A DNA stretch of 64,000 nucleotides from Terriglobia bacterium (GTDB taxonomy: Bacteria; Acidobacteriota; Terriglobia; Bryobacterales; Bryobacteraceae). The notes beneath the pieces were generated by a model. The model did no database searches. It worked only from the letters and a program-made list of their open reading frames with translations, and was not told the origin of the DNA. The translations under genes and the position numbers were made by a program. Shown one piece after another: positions 36,470 to 46,326 of this stretch; the stretch's first letter is position 1, and every line of letters begins with the position of its first letter. The stretch covers positions 174,772 through 238,771 of the forward strand of contig CAVZRE010000010.1 of NCBI GenBank assembly GCA_963777595.1, written 5' to 3'.

Positions 36470-39268
36470 ATGCGCATGAAATCCGCGCTCCTCGTTTTCG
36501 CTACTCTGTTTTCCACCGTGCACGCTCAAACTCTACCCTCCGGTGTGCAGAAGAAAGCTTCGATGGGAGGCATCACCGAATACGATTTTCCTAACGGATT
36601 GCGAGTACTTCTATTCCCTGACGCGTCGAATCCAAAGATCACTGTAAACATGACTTACCTCGTCGGATCGCGCCACGAAGGGTACGGCGAATCCGGTATG
36701 GCGCACCTGCTCGAGCACATGAACTTCATCCTCACTTCCAATGGGCGTGAAATCAAGAAGGAGTTGACCAGCCACGGCGCCACCTGGAACGGCAGTACCA
36801 ACGACGATCGCACAAATTACTACGAAACCTTCACCGCTACCGACGACAATCTGCGCTGGGCCCTCGGCCTGGAAGCAGACCGCATGACAAAAATGCGCAT
36901 GGAAAAGCCGCTGCTCGACACCGAGATGACCGTGGTGCGCAATGAGTTCGAGCGCGGAGAAAACAGCCCGCAGCGTGTCCTGAGCGAACGCGTCGCCGCG
37001 ACTGCATACCTCTGGCACAACTATGGAAAATCCACCATCGGCTCGCGCGAGGACATCGAGCGCGTGCCCATCGACCGCCTGGCCGCCTTCTATCGCAAGT
37101 ACTACCAGCCGGACAATGCGGTCCTCGCCATCGCCGGCCAGATTGATGAGATGAAGACGCTGAAATTTATAGCGGATACCTGCGGAGAAATTCCCCGCCC
37201 CACACGCAAACTCGATCAGGATTACACCGTCGAACCCGTTCAGGATGGACAACGCTATGTGGAACTTCGCCGCGTCGGTGACGGCCAGGAAATTATGATG
37301 GCGTATCATACTCCTGCCGCCGCGCACCCCGATGCTGCTGCCCTCGATGTGCTTGCCGGCATTCTTTCCGGCGGAGGCGGACGTGGCGGCTTTGGCGGTG
37401 GCATGGGAACGGGCCGTCTCTACAAGGCGCTCGTGGACAACAAAAAAGCCATCTCCGCGCGCGCGTCCGCCGACCAGCAGCACGATCCCGGGTTGTTCAT
37501 GGTTTCGGCCGGACTGAACAACCAGCAATCTCTTGAAGAAGCGCGTAAAATCATGATCCAAACCGTCGAAGGACTCGCCGCGGAACCCCCTACCGTGGAA
37601 GAGGTCGACCGGGTCAAACAGCGTCTGTTGCGCGCGGCCGAAAATCGCATGACCGATTCACAGGCAGTTGGCCTGAGCCTCAGCGAGTGGTCCGCGATGG
37701 GCGATTGGCGCCTCATGTTTCTCAATCGCGATCGCATCGCAAAGGTCACGCCGGACGACGTCGCACGGGTAGCGAAGGCCTATTTGAAGGAGTCCAATCG
37801 CACCGTGGGCGAATTTATTCCTACCGCGCAGCCCGATCGCGCCGCGATTCCTGCGACGCCCGATTTTGATGCGCTCTTCAGGGATTACAAAAGCACGGTG
37901 ACGGTCTCGCAAGGCGAATCTTTTGACCCAACGCCCGCTAACATCGAAAGCCGGATTACTCGCTCACGCCTTGCCAATGGATTGAAGCTCGCAATGCTTC
38001 CCCGCAAAACCCGTGGAGGCACGGTCGAAGTCCTTTTGGAATTGCACTTTGGCGACGCCCAGTCGCTGGCAGGCCAGAACGCTGTGGCACAGCTTGCCGG
38101 CGGTCTGCTGATGCGCGGGACGAAGAATAAGTCGCGTCAGCAGATTCAGGATGAGATGGACCGTCTCAACGCCCGCATCATGGTTTCCGGTGGCGGCGGA
38201 GATGCCGGAGGCGGACGTCGCGGACCGCGTGGCGGCGCCACTACAACAAGCTCGATTTCGAGCGCCGGCGCCACCATTCAGACGACCGCCGACAATCTTC
38301 CGGCAGCCCTCCGCTTGGCCGTCGAAATGTTGCGCGAGCCGGCATTCAATGAATCCGATTTCGAACAGGTCCGGCAACAACGGATCGCCGCAATCGAAGC
38401 CAATCTTAAGGAACCCGCTTCCCTCGCCACCGAGGCTTTGCAAGCCCATATCAGCCCGTATCCCCGTGGAGATGTGCGGCACGTCCCCACGATGGCGGAG
38501 CAGATCGAGGACCTCAAAGCCGTCACGCTCGACGCCGTCCGCAAGTTCCATCGCGAATTTTATGGCGCGTCTCACGGCGATGTGGTCGCGCTCGGCCAAT
38601 TCGAACCCGCGCAGCTCGAGAAGGCTGTCGCCGAATTGCTGGGGAAATGGGATAGCCCGGCCCCGTACAGTCGTATTATTTCCAGTTACCAGAAGATTCC
38701 TCCGGCAAATCAGAAAATTGACACTCCCGACAAGACCAACGCTACGTTTGAAGCCGCGATTCGCCTCAAAATGTCCGAGCAGGATCCCGACTACCCGGCC
38801 ATGGTTCTCGCCAATCACATGTTCGGTGGTTCCCTGGGCTCGCGCATGCCCAATCGGATTCGCAATCTCGAAGGGCTGAGTTATAGCGTTTCATCGCGCT
38901 TCACCGCCCCCGTCGAAGGCGACGCCGCCGTATTCTCCGCGTCTGCCATCAGCGCCCCCCAGAATACGGCGAAGGTAGAGTCGAGTTTCGTCGACGAGTT
39001 GCGTAAGACATTAAAAACCGGCTTCACCTCCGACGAGGTCGCGACCGCCAAGAAGGCCTATCGCGATGAACGGATCGTCTCGCGTTCGCAGGAATCCGGG
39101 TTGGCGCGCACGATTTTGGCGCACGAACAGTACGACCGGACCATGAAGTGGGATCAGGAACTCGATGCCAGGATCGAAGCCTTGACTCCGGACCAGATCA
39201 ACGCCGCGTTCCGTCGAAACATCGATCCCGATGCGCTGTCCATCGTAAAAGCCGGCGACTTCAAGTAG
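36470..39268 (+). CDS. M16 (pitrilysin/insulinase)-family zinc peptidase, double-length
   Basis: Signal peptide, HLLEHM (HxxEH) active-site motif and four M16-type half-domains in ~930 aa. The start could be GTG 36464, ATG 36470 or ATG 36476. Confidence 0.85.
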   Translation: MRMKSALLVFATLFSTVHAQTLPSGVQKKASMGGITEYDFPNGLRVLLFPDASNPKITVNMTYLVGSRHEGYGESGMAHLLEHMNFILTSNGREIKKELTSHGATWNGSTNDDRTNYYETFTATDDNLRWALGLEADRMTKMRMEKPLLDTEMTVVRNEFERGENSPQRVLSERVAATAYLWHNYGKSTIGSREDIERVPIDRLAAFYRKYYQPDNAVLAIAGQIDEMKTLKFIADTCGEIPRPTRKLDQDYTVEPVQDGQRYVELRRVGDGQEIMMAYHTPAAAHPDAAALDVLAGILSGGGGRGGFGGGMGTGRLYKALVDNKKAISARASADQQHDPGLFMVSAGLNNQQSLEEARKIMIQTVEGLAAEPPTVEEVDRVKQRLLRAAENRMTDSQAVGLSLSEWSAMGDWRLMFLNRDRIAKVTPDDVARVAKAYLKESNRTVGEFIPTAQPDRAAIPATPDFDALFRDYKSTVTVSQGESFDPTPANIESRITRSRLANGLKLAMLPRKTRGGTVEVLLELHFGDAQSLAGQNAVAQLAGGLLMRGTKNKSRQQIQDEMDRLNARIMVSGGGGDAGGGRRGPRGGATTTSSISSAGATIQTTADNLPAALRLAVEMLREPAFNESDFEQVRQQRIAAIEANLKEPASLATEALQAHISPYPRGDVRHVPTMAEQIEDLKAVTLDAVRKFHREFYGASHGDVVALGQFEPAQLEKAVAELLGKWDSPAPYSRIISSYQKIPPANQKIDTPDKTNATFEAAIRLKMSEQDPDYPAMVLANHMFGGSLGSRMPNRIRNLEGLSYSVSSRFTAPVEGDAAVFSASAISAPQNTAKVESSFVDELRKTLKTGFTSDEVATAKKAYRDERIVSRSQESGLARTILAHEQYDRTMKWDQELDARIEALTPDQINAAFRRNIDPDALSIVKAGDFK

Positions 39269-39301
39269 CCGGACGGTATCCTGGACTTCTGGGTCTGCCC
39301 C

Positions 39302-39320
39302 GCTGCCCGGCAGCATTTTT
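39302..39320 (+). terminator. Putative intrinsic terminator after the M16 gene
   Basis: GCTGC-CCG-GCAGC hairpin followed by ATTTTT. The stem is short (5 bp). Confidence 0.4.
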
Positions 39321-39332
39321 CGACCGAACCGC

Positions 39333-40112
39333 CTACCGCAAAGGCGCTTCCTCGCCAAACGTAATGCTTGAATCCACGCGGTAAACTCTCGCCCCGCCGC
39401 TCCCCGGCCTGAGCATCTGCAAAACAATCGATTCTCCACGCGTGGCCACCGAAAAATGCGAGTTCCCACCGCGGGAAACGGGAAACTGCCGCGTCCCAAA
39501 CGGAGGCACCAGTTCCTCGATAATCTCGGAACAAAGCGGCGTCAGTTCGCCCGCCCGGTCGCCGCGTGGAACCGAATACAGCGACCCGGATGAATAGCAT
39601 CCCCTTACCGAGACCGCGCGTTCCGACGCATTGATCAACGCGATCACCCCATCGTCACTCGCCTTCACATCTCCCGAAAAGTTGGGATTGCGAAGCGGCC
39701 ACGCGACATCGCGGACTGTCGTCTGCAGGCGATTGCCGTCGACGCACTCCGTCGCACCGCTCACCGCCAGTACCGGCGTCAGTTGCGGCGCAGGAATTCT
39801 CTCCCGTATCCGCACCCACGCTCCGTCCGTCTCCTCCGGTATCTCCAACTTGAACTCACCGTGCTCGCCTTTACCGAGACGAACCGTATTCCCGATCCGT
39901 CCTGCCAGCTTTGCCAAAGCGCCAGTGGCCTTATGCGCCTCCACTACCACGTCGACGTCCCGGTCACCCAGGTTCTGCAGGTCGATCACCGACGAACACG
40001 CCGAATTGTAAGCCAGCCATGGCACGACACTCTCCACCACACGCTCGCCCGCAGCCGTCTGAGCCAGGATTTCCCAGCCCGGCCACGGACAGACGAGTAG
40101 CAGCAGATACAT
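39333..40112 (-). CDS. Hypothetical exported protein
   Basis: Start chosen at Met 40112 (MYLLLLVCPWPGWEILAQ) to clear the upstream gene. No motif recognised. Confidence 0.45.
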   Translation of the reverse strand: MYLLLLVCPWPGWEILAQTAAGERVVESVVPWLAYNSACSSVIDLQNLGDRDVDVVVEAHKATGALAKLAGRIGNTVRLGKGEHGEFKLEIPEETDGAWVRIRERIPAPQLTPVLAVSGATECVDGNRLQTTVRDVAWPLRNPNFSGDVKASDDGVIALINASERAVSVRGCYSSGSLYSVPRGDRAGELTPLCSEIIEELVPPFGTRQFPVSRGGNSHFSVATRGESIVLQMLRPGSGGARVYRVDSSITFGEEAPLR

Positions 40113-40183
40113 CCGCACATCTGGTTTATCGGCTGGATCCCGGATGAGAGGAGAATTCTGCCCAAATTTTGTACCTGCAAACG

Positions 40184-41215
40184 CTACGGAATTGTCGCCG
40201 CGCACTCCCGCCAGTGGTCCACCAGGTAACGCACCACCTTATCGCCGACGATCTGCGCGGCTTCGAGCGCCGGCATGTAGGCCGAGTAACTGCCCGTAAC
40301 CAAAGCGCCCAAATCGTCGATGGCCGACACCCCCTCCGGCTGGCGATCGAAATTGCTTACCGTGCGCAGCACCAGGACGCGGCGCAGGTCGACCCTGGCC
40401 GCGTGACTCAGCAGCGAGAGAGCTTGCAGCGTCCCCGTATCTTCCATCGCGGAGATCATATAGTTGCCCTGGCCGCCGGTATAATAACGGGTCCACGCGT
40501 TGGCCCACTCATTGAAACGTGCGCCGTGCCAAAACGTGCTGGAGGACATGGTATCTCCGCGCGCCACAAACGGCGGCCTCAGCGCGTTCGGGAAGCCGGT
40601 ATAGCGCTCCCGAGCCGTGCGCAGTTTCTCGGAATCGAGGAGCGCTGTCACCTTCGTCAGCTGGAACGCCCACCCGACAAGCTCCGGATTCAGCGTGTAG
40701 ATCTCGCCTTCCAGATCCCGTTTTAAAGGAAGTTCATAGGGCTTGGATCGACGCAGCGGAACATATCCCGTCGGCCAATCGGCGGGTATTTCACGCGCGT
40801 CAATCTCGTACGCCAGGTCGCCGTCGATCACGCGATCGGCCCAGACCGCCGTTCCCAGGGATACATCCGCCGGATCGCCGCCCCCGATTCCCGCCACCAC
40901 CCAGTAAGCCTTCGTGAGATCGAATCGCGAATCGAGGCCCAGTGCCATCACTGAGGCCGCCGCCTTCGCCGTTCCCACGCCGGTCAGCATGCCCAGAACG
41001 CCGTCTTTGTTCAGCCGCACGTGATGGTAGCCGGCAGGCATCGGCATCACCTGGTCGAGATGTTCCCGTTCCACCCACAGCTGATACTCTCCCGGAACGT
41101 CTCCCGTATCTTCGCCGCGCTCGAACATCGCCACCACCACCACTTTGATTGGAATCGGTCTCGGCGCTGCAAAGAGACTGGAGCACAGAAGGCCCAGGAG
41201 CAAGGTTTTCTGCAT
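40184..41215 (-). CDS. Purine nucleoside permease (NUP-family) protein
   Basis: Signal peptide followed by IKVVVVAMFE...GEYQLW...GMLTGVGTAKAAASVMALGLD..FDLTKAYWVVAGIGGGDP, characteristic of the NUP/PF06516 family. Confidence 0.8.
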   Translation of the reverse strand: MQKTLLLGLLCSSLFAAPRPIPIKVVVVAMFERGEDTGDVPGEYQLWVEREHLDQVMPMPAGYHHVRLNKDGVLGMLTGVGTAKAAASVMALGLDSRFDLTKAYWVVAGIGGGDPADVSLGTAVWADRVIDGDLAYEIDAREIPADWPTGYVPLRRSKPYELPLKRDLEGEIYTLNPELVGWAFQLTKVTALLDSEKLRTARERYTGFPNALRPPFVARGDTMSSSTFWHGARFNEWANAWTRYYTGGQGNYMISAMEDTGTLQALSLLSHAARVDLRRVLVLRTVSNFDRQPEGVSAIDDLGALVTGSYSAYMPALEAAQIVGDKVVRYLVDHWRECAATIP

Positions 41216-41275
41216 GGCGATCTCACCATTATGGCGGTTGTTGCGTTACGGCTGCGCGAGGCTCACAATACAGTT

Positions 41276-41527
41276 ATGGCGCGCGGCTGGGAAAGTAAAT
41301 CGGTCGAGTCCCAGATGGATGAGGCGGAAACGAAACGTGCCGCTTCACAGCAGGTACCCCGGACGAAAGAACAACTCCGCCTGGACCGGGAGCGGGAGAG
41401 TCTTCAACTGTCCCGTGCGCGCGTTGTGCATGACATCGAAGCCGCCACCCACATCAGGCATCGCCTGCAACTGGAAGCTGCGCTCCGCTTCCTCGATCAG
41501 CGATTGAAGGAATTAGACGGCAAGTGA
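41276..41527 (+). CDS. Small charged coiled-coil protein
   Basis: 83 aa (MARGWESKSVESQMDEAETKR...). Its TGA overlaps the GTG of the downstream propeller gene (GTGA). Coding status inferred from the coupling and the ORF only. Confidence 0.5.
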   Translation: MARGWESKSVESQMDEAETKRAASQQVPRTKEQLRLDRERESLQLSRARVVHDIEAATHIRHRLQLEAALRFLDQRLKELDGK

Positions 41528-43254
41528 AGTTTTTCTTCTGGCTGTTGACGCCACTCTGTGCGTGGAGCCAGTACAACGTACTCACCTTTCATGGCGATCC
41601 GCAACGCACCGGCTGGATCTCGCATGAAACAGTGCTGACTCCGGCGAACGTGGCCGGCCGGATGTTCGGTCCGATCTGGAATTCGCCGCAATTCGATTCG
41701 GTGACGATCGATGGCGTCACGTATCCTCCCCATCTCTACGCATCTCCTCTTTACGTCGACAGCGTCCCCATCGGCGGAGAGCCGCGGCAAGTCGTGTACG
41801 CCGCCTCGAATAATGGGTTCGTGTACGCCGTCAGTGCGTCCGCGCCCGCCGGAGAGATCCTATGGCGCAGGCAATTGACCAATCCCATTCCGACGCTCGA
41901 CCCTCACCTTCCGATTGGCATTCTAGGCACTCCGGTCATCGACCTCTATGCCGCTCCGCCCCGCCTGTACGTTGCTTCCGCCGATGCCGTCAATGGCTGG
42001 GAAGTTTTCGCCCTCGACATCACTACCGGTTCGGTCTTGCCCGGTTGGCCGCTCAGGATCAACAACACGACCCTCGCGCCCGTCAATCAGAATGGTCCGG
42101 CCACGTTTCAGGCGACCCTCGAAATGAGCCAGCGCGGAGCCTTGAATCTCAGTCCCGGCGGCGCGCTCCTCTATGTGCCGTTCGGGGGCTATAACGACCG
42201 GGCCGCGGGATGGATGATCGCCATCGATACCAGGACACCCGCTTTGGCCAGCGCGTTCTCCGCTGCCCCATCTACGGATCTCCAGGCCAACGGCGGCATG
42301 TGGGCATCGGGAGGCCCCGCGGTGGACTCGCTCGGCAACGTCTACTCCACCACCGGCAACACCACCACCAACATCACCAATGCTCCGGGATATTGGAGCC
42401 AATCGGTCTTGGTCTGGGGGCCCGGAGTTCCGTTGCGCCTCACCGGAACGTACACGCCCTGGAACTATTGTCAGATGGATCAGGACGATGCTGACCTGTC
42501 GGGTGGCGCAGTGGTAGTTCTGCCGGATCTGGACGCGAACCATACCAGCACGCCGCATCTCATGACTTTTGGGGGCAAGCAGGGCAATCAATATCTGGTG
42601 GATCGCGATCGCCTGCCGGGCAGCCTCGCCTCCCATCCTCCCTGCAGTGCGGATCCCGCAACCGAGACTTCGCTGCTCCCCCCGGGCCCGCAGCCGCAAT
42701 TTGGACAGCCGGGCCCCCTGAATGTTTTCGGTCCGTACTCCGAACTGTACGCATCGGTGGACTACGCGAAGGGCCGCTCTACCGGAGCATTCTTCCGCGC
42801 AGCCGACGGCAGCAATTTTCTTTTCGCGACCGGTTCGAGCAAGGCCGCGGCCGCTTCGGTCGCTACCGTTCCGCCGTGTATCGTCAAGTTGCGCATTGTT
42901 TTGACCCCGGGCGCGCCGGCCTATCTCGCCGTGGAAGCGTCGGAAAATACTTTGGGCTTTCTCTCGCCGGGTTCGCCGTGGGTCACGAGCAACGGAGCGG
43001 ACAATGCCGTTGTATGGGTACTGGTGGCAAATGTTCCAAGAGGGGCATCTCTGGCCGATCCCGATGCCGCGCATCCCATTCTCTATGCGCTCGATCCGGT
43101 AACGCTCCAGGCGCTATGGACCAGCTCGCCTGAAATGCTCAATGTCGGGGGGAAATACAACACTCCCGCCTTTGGCCTCGGCCGCGTATTCGTCGGTACA
43201 GACCGGATTCAGGCGTTCGGCCTTCGCAGTCCACACGCCCCGCGGAGACGCTGA
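41524..43254 (+). CDS. Secreted beta-propeller repeat protein (third, more divergent paralogue)
   Basis: GTG start and signal peptide. FHGDPQRTGW N-terminal motif (compare GGDTKRDNW and KGDAQRSGW in the other two). C-terminal LYALDPVTLQALW...RVFVGTDRIQAFG blade. Confidence 0.7.
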   Translation: MKFFFWLLTPLCAWSQYNVLTFHGDPQRTGWISHETVLTPANVAGRMFGPIWNSPQFDSVTIDGVTYPPHLYASPLYVDSVPIGGEPRQVVYAASNNGFVYAVSASAPAGEILWRRQLTNPIPTLDPHLPIGILGTPVIDLYAAPPRLYVASADAVNGWEVFALDITTGSVLPGWPLRINNTTLAPVNQNGPATFQATLEMSQRGALNLSPGGALLYVPFGGYNDRAAGWMIAIDTRTPALASAFSAAPSTDLQANGGMWASGGPAVDSLGNVYSTTGNTTTNITNAPGYWSQSVLVWGPGVPLRLTGTYTPWNYCQMDQDDADLSGGAVVVLPDLDANHTSTPHLMTFGGKQGNQYLVDRDRLPGSLASHPPCSADPATETSLLPPGPQPQFGQPGPLNVFGPYSELYASVDYAKGRSTGAFFRAADGSNFLFATGSSKAAAASVATVPPCIVKLRIVLTPGAPAYLAVEASENTLGFLSPGSPWVTSNGADNAVVWVLVANVPRGASLADPDAAHPILYALDPVTLQALWTSSPEMLNVGGKYNTPAFGLGRVFVGTDRIQAFGLRSPHAPRRR

Positions 43255-43261
43255 TCTTCAT

Positions 43262-44476
43262 TCACCCCAGTGACTTTAGATCCATTGAGAGATCGGCGGC
43301 TTGCTCCGGAGTCACCGGCGTTCCCGACCCGATCAATTTCCTGCCTGCCATATGGTCCGCGGGCCGGTTGATCGAATCGATTGCCGCCAACTGCCCCGCT
43401 TTGAAATAAAGTACCGAGAATTTATGGCTCTCGGGATCCCCTCGCGTCACCGCCTGGTCGAAACCCTGCGATAGCCCGGCCATCTGCAGCTTGGCGCTGA
43501 ATTGATCCGTCCAGAACCAGGGCACGGCATCGTAACGTTGAGTCCGCCCGGCCAGGCTCGCGGCCACGCATCGGGCGTGGTCGACGCTATTCTGAATGGA
43601 TTCGATGCGCACCGCCCCTCCCGCAAAACGATTGGGATGCACGGCGCAATCGCCGATCGCGTAAATATCAGCCGCGCTGCGCAGGTAACCATCGACCACA
43701 ATTCCGTCGGCAACATCCAGTCCGGCCCCCGACGCGAGTTCCGTGTTCGGAATTACTCCAATCCCCACCACCACCAGATCGGCCGGGTGCACAGTCTCGT
43801 CGCTCAACACCACTTCGGACACTCTGCTCCCTTTACCCGAAATCTCTCGCGCCCGCGTGACAAAAGCAAAAGTGACGCCCTGACTCAAATGCAGCCGTTG
43901 GTAATAATCCGAAATGGGGGGCGCCACAGCTCGCGACATCACGCGTCTCATCGCTTCCACCACCAGCACTCGTTTGCCGGACGCACTCGCCGCCGCCGCC
44001 ACTTCCAGGCCGATAAACCCTCCGCCGATGATGACGATGTTCTCCGCATCCTCCATCCGCTGCCGAATCTCGACAGCCTCTTCTCGAGTGCGCAGGTAAC
44101 ACACACCATCGAGTTCCGCGCCCTCCACCGGCAGCAGCCGGTTGCGCGCTCCGGTAGCCAGCACGAGTTGACCATACGGAATGCGACTGCCCGACGCCAG
44201 CGCAACGCGGTGATTCGACGGATCGATTTCGGTAATCCGCTCGCCCGTCATCAGGTCGATCCGGTTGTCGACATAGAAAGCCTCGGGCCGCAGCTGGGTG
44301 CTCTCCACCTCCTGTTTCCCCGCCATGAAGGCTTTGGAAAGCGGAGGCTTTTGATAGGGCGGCCCCGCCTCATCTCCAATCAACGTAATGCTGCCTTCGT
44401 AGCCTTCGGTTCGCAATGACGCCGCAACCTGGAAACCGCCCTGTCCAGCCCCGGCGATCACTACGCCCGGAGGCAT
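43262..44476 (-). CDS. FAD-dependent NAD(P)H:ferredoxin reductase (putidaredoxin/rubredoxin reductase-like)
   Basis: VIAGAGQGG and IIGGGFIGLEVAA dinucleotide folds, and a GDCA motif. 404 aa. Confidence 0.85.
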   Translation of the reverse strand: MPPGVVIAGAGQGGFQVAASLRTEGYEGSITLIGDEAGPPYQKPPLSKAFMAGKQEVESTQLRPEAFYVDNRIDLMTGERITEIDPSNHRVALASGSRIPYGQLVLATGARNRLLPVEGAELDGVCYLRTREEAVEIRQRMEDAENIVIIGGGFIGLEVAAAASASGKRVLVVEAMRRVMSRAVAPPISDYYQRLHLSQGVTFAFVTRAREISGKGSRVSEVVLSDETVHPADLVVVGIGVIPNTELASGAGLDVADGIVVDGYLRSAADIYAIGDCAVHPNRFAGGAVRIESIQNSVDHARCVAASLAGRTQRYDAVPWFWTDQFSAKLQMAGLSQGFDQAVTRGDPESHKFSVLYFKAGQLAAIDSINRPADHMAGRKLIGSGTPVTPEQAADLSMDLKSLG

Positions 44477-44830
44477 TTACTGTTGGGCCTCGGGAGTCGT
44501 GACGGTCAGCCCCTCGAGTTCTTCGGTAATGGGAATTTGGCAGCCGAGACGGCTATTCGGTTCACGTTTCGCAAACGTGTTATTCAGCATCTCTTCTTCG
44601 TCCTCGGCGATGGGTTGCAGCCGGTCGAGCCAGCCCGGATCGACGTAGACGTGGCAGGTAGCGCACATGCACGCGCCGCCGCATTCCGCCACGATCCCGG
44701 GTACACCGTTGTTCACGGCGCCCTCCATCACGGAAGAGCCCACCGGGACGCCGACGTCGCGCCTTTCGCCGGAGGCTGAAATGTAAGTAACAGTTACTGT
44801 AGGTTTTGGACTTCGTTTGAAAAGGCTCAT
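44477..44830 (-). CDS. [2Fe-2S] ferredoxin, adrenodoxin/putidaredoxin type
   Basis: Start at Met 44830 (MSLFKRSPKPTVTVTYI). CGGACMCATCH plus a distal Cys in SRLGCQI. The stop abuts the reductase ATG. Confidence 0.85.
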   Translation of the reverse strand: MSLFKRSPKPTVTVTYISASGERRDVGVPVGSSVMEGAVNNGVPGIVAECGGACMCATCHVYVDPGWLDRLQPIAEDEEEMLNNTFAKREPNSRLGCQIPITEELEGLTVTTPEAQQ

Positions 44831-44883
44831 CTCGAATCCGCCAGCGTAGCACAGTACCTCGACGCAAGCTCTGGCGCCCTCAA

Positions 44884-46215
44884 CTACTTCCCAATGCAAA
44901 AAGTAGAAAATATGCGATTAAGGATGTCGTCCGCCGTGGTAGCCCCAGTGATGCCATCCAGGGCGTGAAGAGCCCCATACAGATCGAGCAGCAGCATCTC
45001 ATGAGGTATCCCGGTCGACGCCGCGGTGTGCGCCTGCTCCAAAGCCTCCTGACATTCGCGTAGCAGCCGCTCCTGGCGCAAACTGGTGATCAGCCCCGAT
45101 TCTATACCGGCATCCTGGGCTGGGATAATGGCGCGCCGTAATTCGGGAATGCCCTGGCGAGTCTGAGCCGAAACGACGATCGTTCCTGCGGTATCGCGCC
45201 GGGCGGGAAGATCGCATTTATTAGCGGCAATTAGGTAGCGCCCAAGCATCTTCGCGCGGTCAATCAGCTCCGCATCCCGTGCGGACTCCGGCTGCGAGAG
45301 ATCGACCACCACCAGTGTGAGATCCGCGTCGGCCATCGCCTGGTAGCTGCGCTCGATCCCGAGTTTCTCCACCAGCCCTTCGCCTTCTCGGATCCCCGCC
45401 GTGTCCACCAGTCGCACCGGGATCCCTTCGATGGCGGCGACCTCGGAAACCAGGTCGCGTGTTGTGCCGGGTATATCTGTGACTATGGCGCGCTCCTGTT
45501 CGAGTAGCGCGTTGAACAGACTGCTCTTGCCCGTGTTCGGTTGGCCGACAATGGCCAGCGTCAGTCCTTCTGAGACCAGTGAGCCGAATTCGAAGCTGCG
45601 CACCATGCTGTTGACGGCGTCCATCACTGGCCCAAGACGCCGCAGAATTTCTTCGGGCGGAGCGACGCTGATATCGTCCTCGGCGAAATCGATGCCGGCT
45701 TCGAGCAGCGCAATCAGTTCGACGAGTTGCCCTTTCACTGGGGACAGACGGCGCGAGATAGAGCCGTCGAGCTGCTGGACAGCCACCCGGGCTTGATAGA
45801 GCGTCGTCGCGTCGACCAGGTTGCGCACCGCTTCGGCTTGCGGCAAATCGATCCGTCCGTTGAGCAGCGCTCGCAGCGTGAATTCGCCCGGCTCTGCCAG
45901 CCGTGCCCCCGCGCCGATCGAGCGGTCGACACAGGCCCTCAGGATCACCGGCGCGCCGTGACAGGAAATCTCGACCACATCTTCGCCGGTATAAGATCTT
46001 GGACCCTGGAACCAGGTAACCAGCACCTGGTCCAGCGTGTTCCCTTCTTTGTCGGTTAGTTCGGCAAGGCTCGCGATCCGGGGACGCCATGTGTGCGGCC
46101 GGCGAAGGATCTGCTCCACCACATTCCGCGCATTCTTGCCCGAGAGACGGACCACCCCCAGACCCGATCGGCCTGGCGGAGTCGAAAGAGCGACGATATC
46201 GTCGTGAGGATTCAA
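44884..46215 (-). CDS. mnmE: tRNA uridine-5-carboxymethylaminomethyl modification GTPase MnmE
   Basis: TTG start. N-terminus [23 protein letters not shown]1 [15 protein letters not shown]3 DTAG, C-terminal CIGK. Confidence 0.9.
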   Translation of the reverse strand: MNPHDDIVALSTPPGRSGLGVVRLSGKNARNVVEQILRRPHTWRPRIASLAELTDKEGNTLDQVLVTWFQGPRSYTGEDVVEISCHGAPVILRACVDRSIGAGARLAEPGEFTLRALLNGRIDLPQAEAVRNLVDATTLYQARVAVQQLDGSISRRLSPVKGQLVELIALLEAGIDFAEDDISVAPPEEILRRLGPVMDAVNSMVRSFEFGSLVSEGLTLAIVGQPNTGKSSLFNALLEQERAIVTDIPGTTRDLVSEVAAIEGIPVRLVDTAGIREGEGLVEKLGIERSYQAMADADLTLVVVDLSQPESARDAELIDRAKMLGRYLIAANKCDLPARRDTAGTIVVSAQTRQGIPELRRAIIPAQDAGIESGLITSLRQERLLRECQEALEQAHTAASTGIPHEMLLLDLYGALHALDGITGATTADDILNRIFSTFCIGK

Positions 46216-46262
46216 AGCAGAGGTAGAGTAGGCCTTTGGCCTGCGGGTCTCGAATCCATTTT
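46208..46262. repeat. Copy A of a conserved hairpin element (25-nt exact core shared with 49609..49633)
   Basis: The core AGGTAGAGTAGGCCTTTGGCCTGCG (46221..46245) contains the palindrome AGGCC-TTT-GGCCT. It is flanked by GGATTC (46208..46213) and GAATCC (46252..46257), then ATTTT. The left flank overlaps the mnmE TTG start and codons 2-3. Confidence 0.85.
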
Positions 46263-46326
46263 CTCAGCTCCTGAGCAAGCAGTTGCGACGCCGGTAATGC
46301 CTTCCTGAGAACCCTCTCTATAAAGA

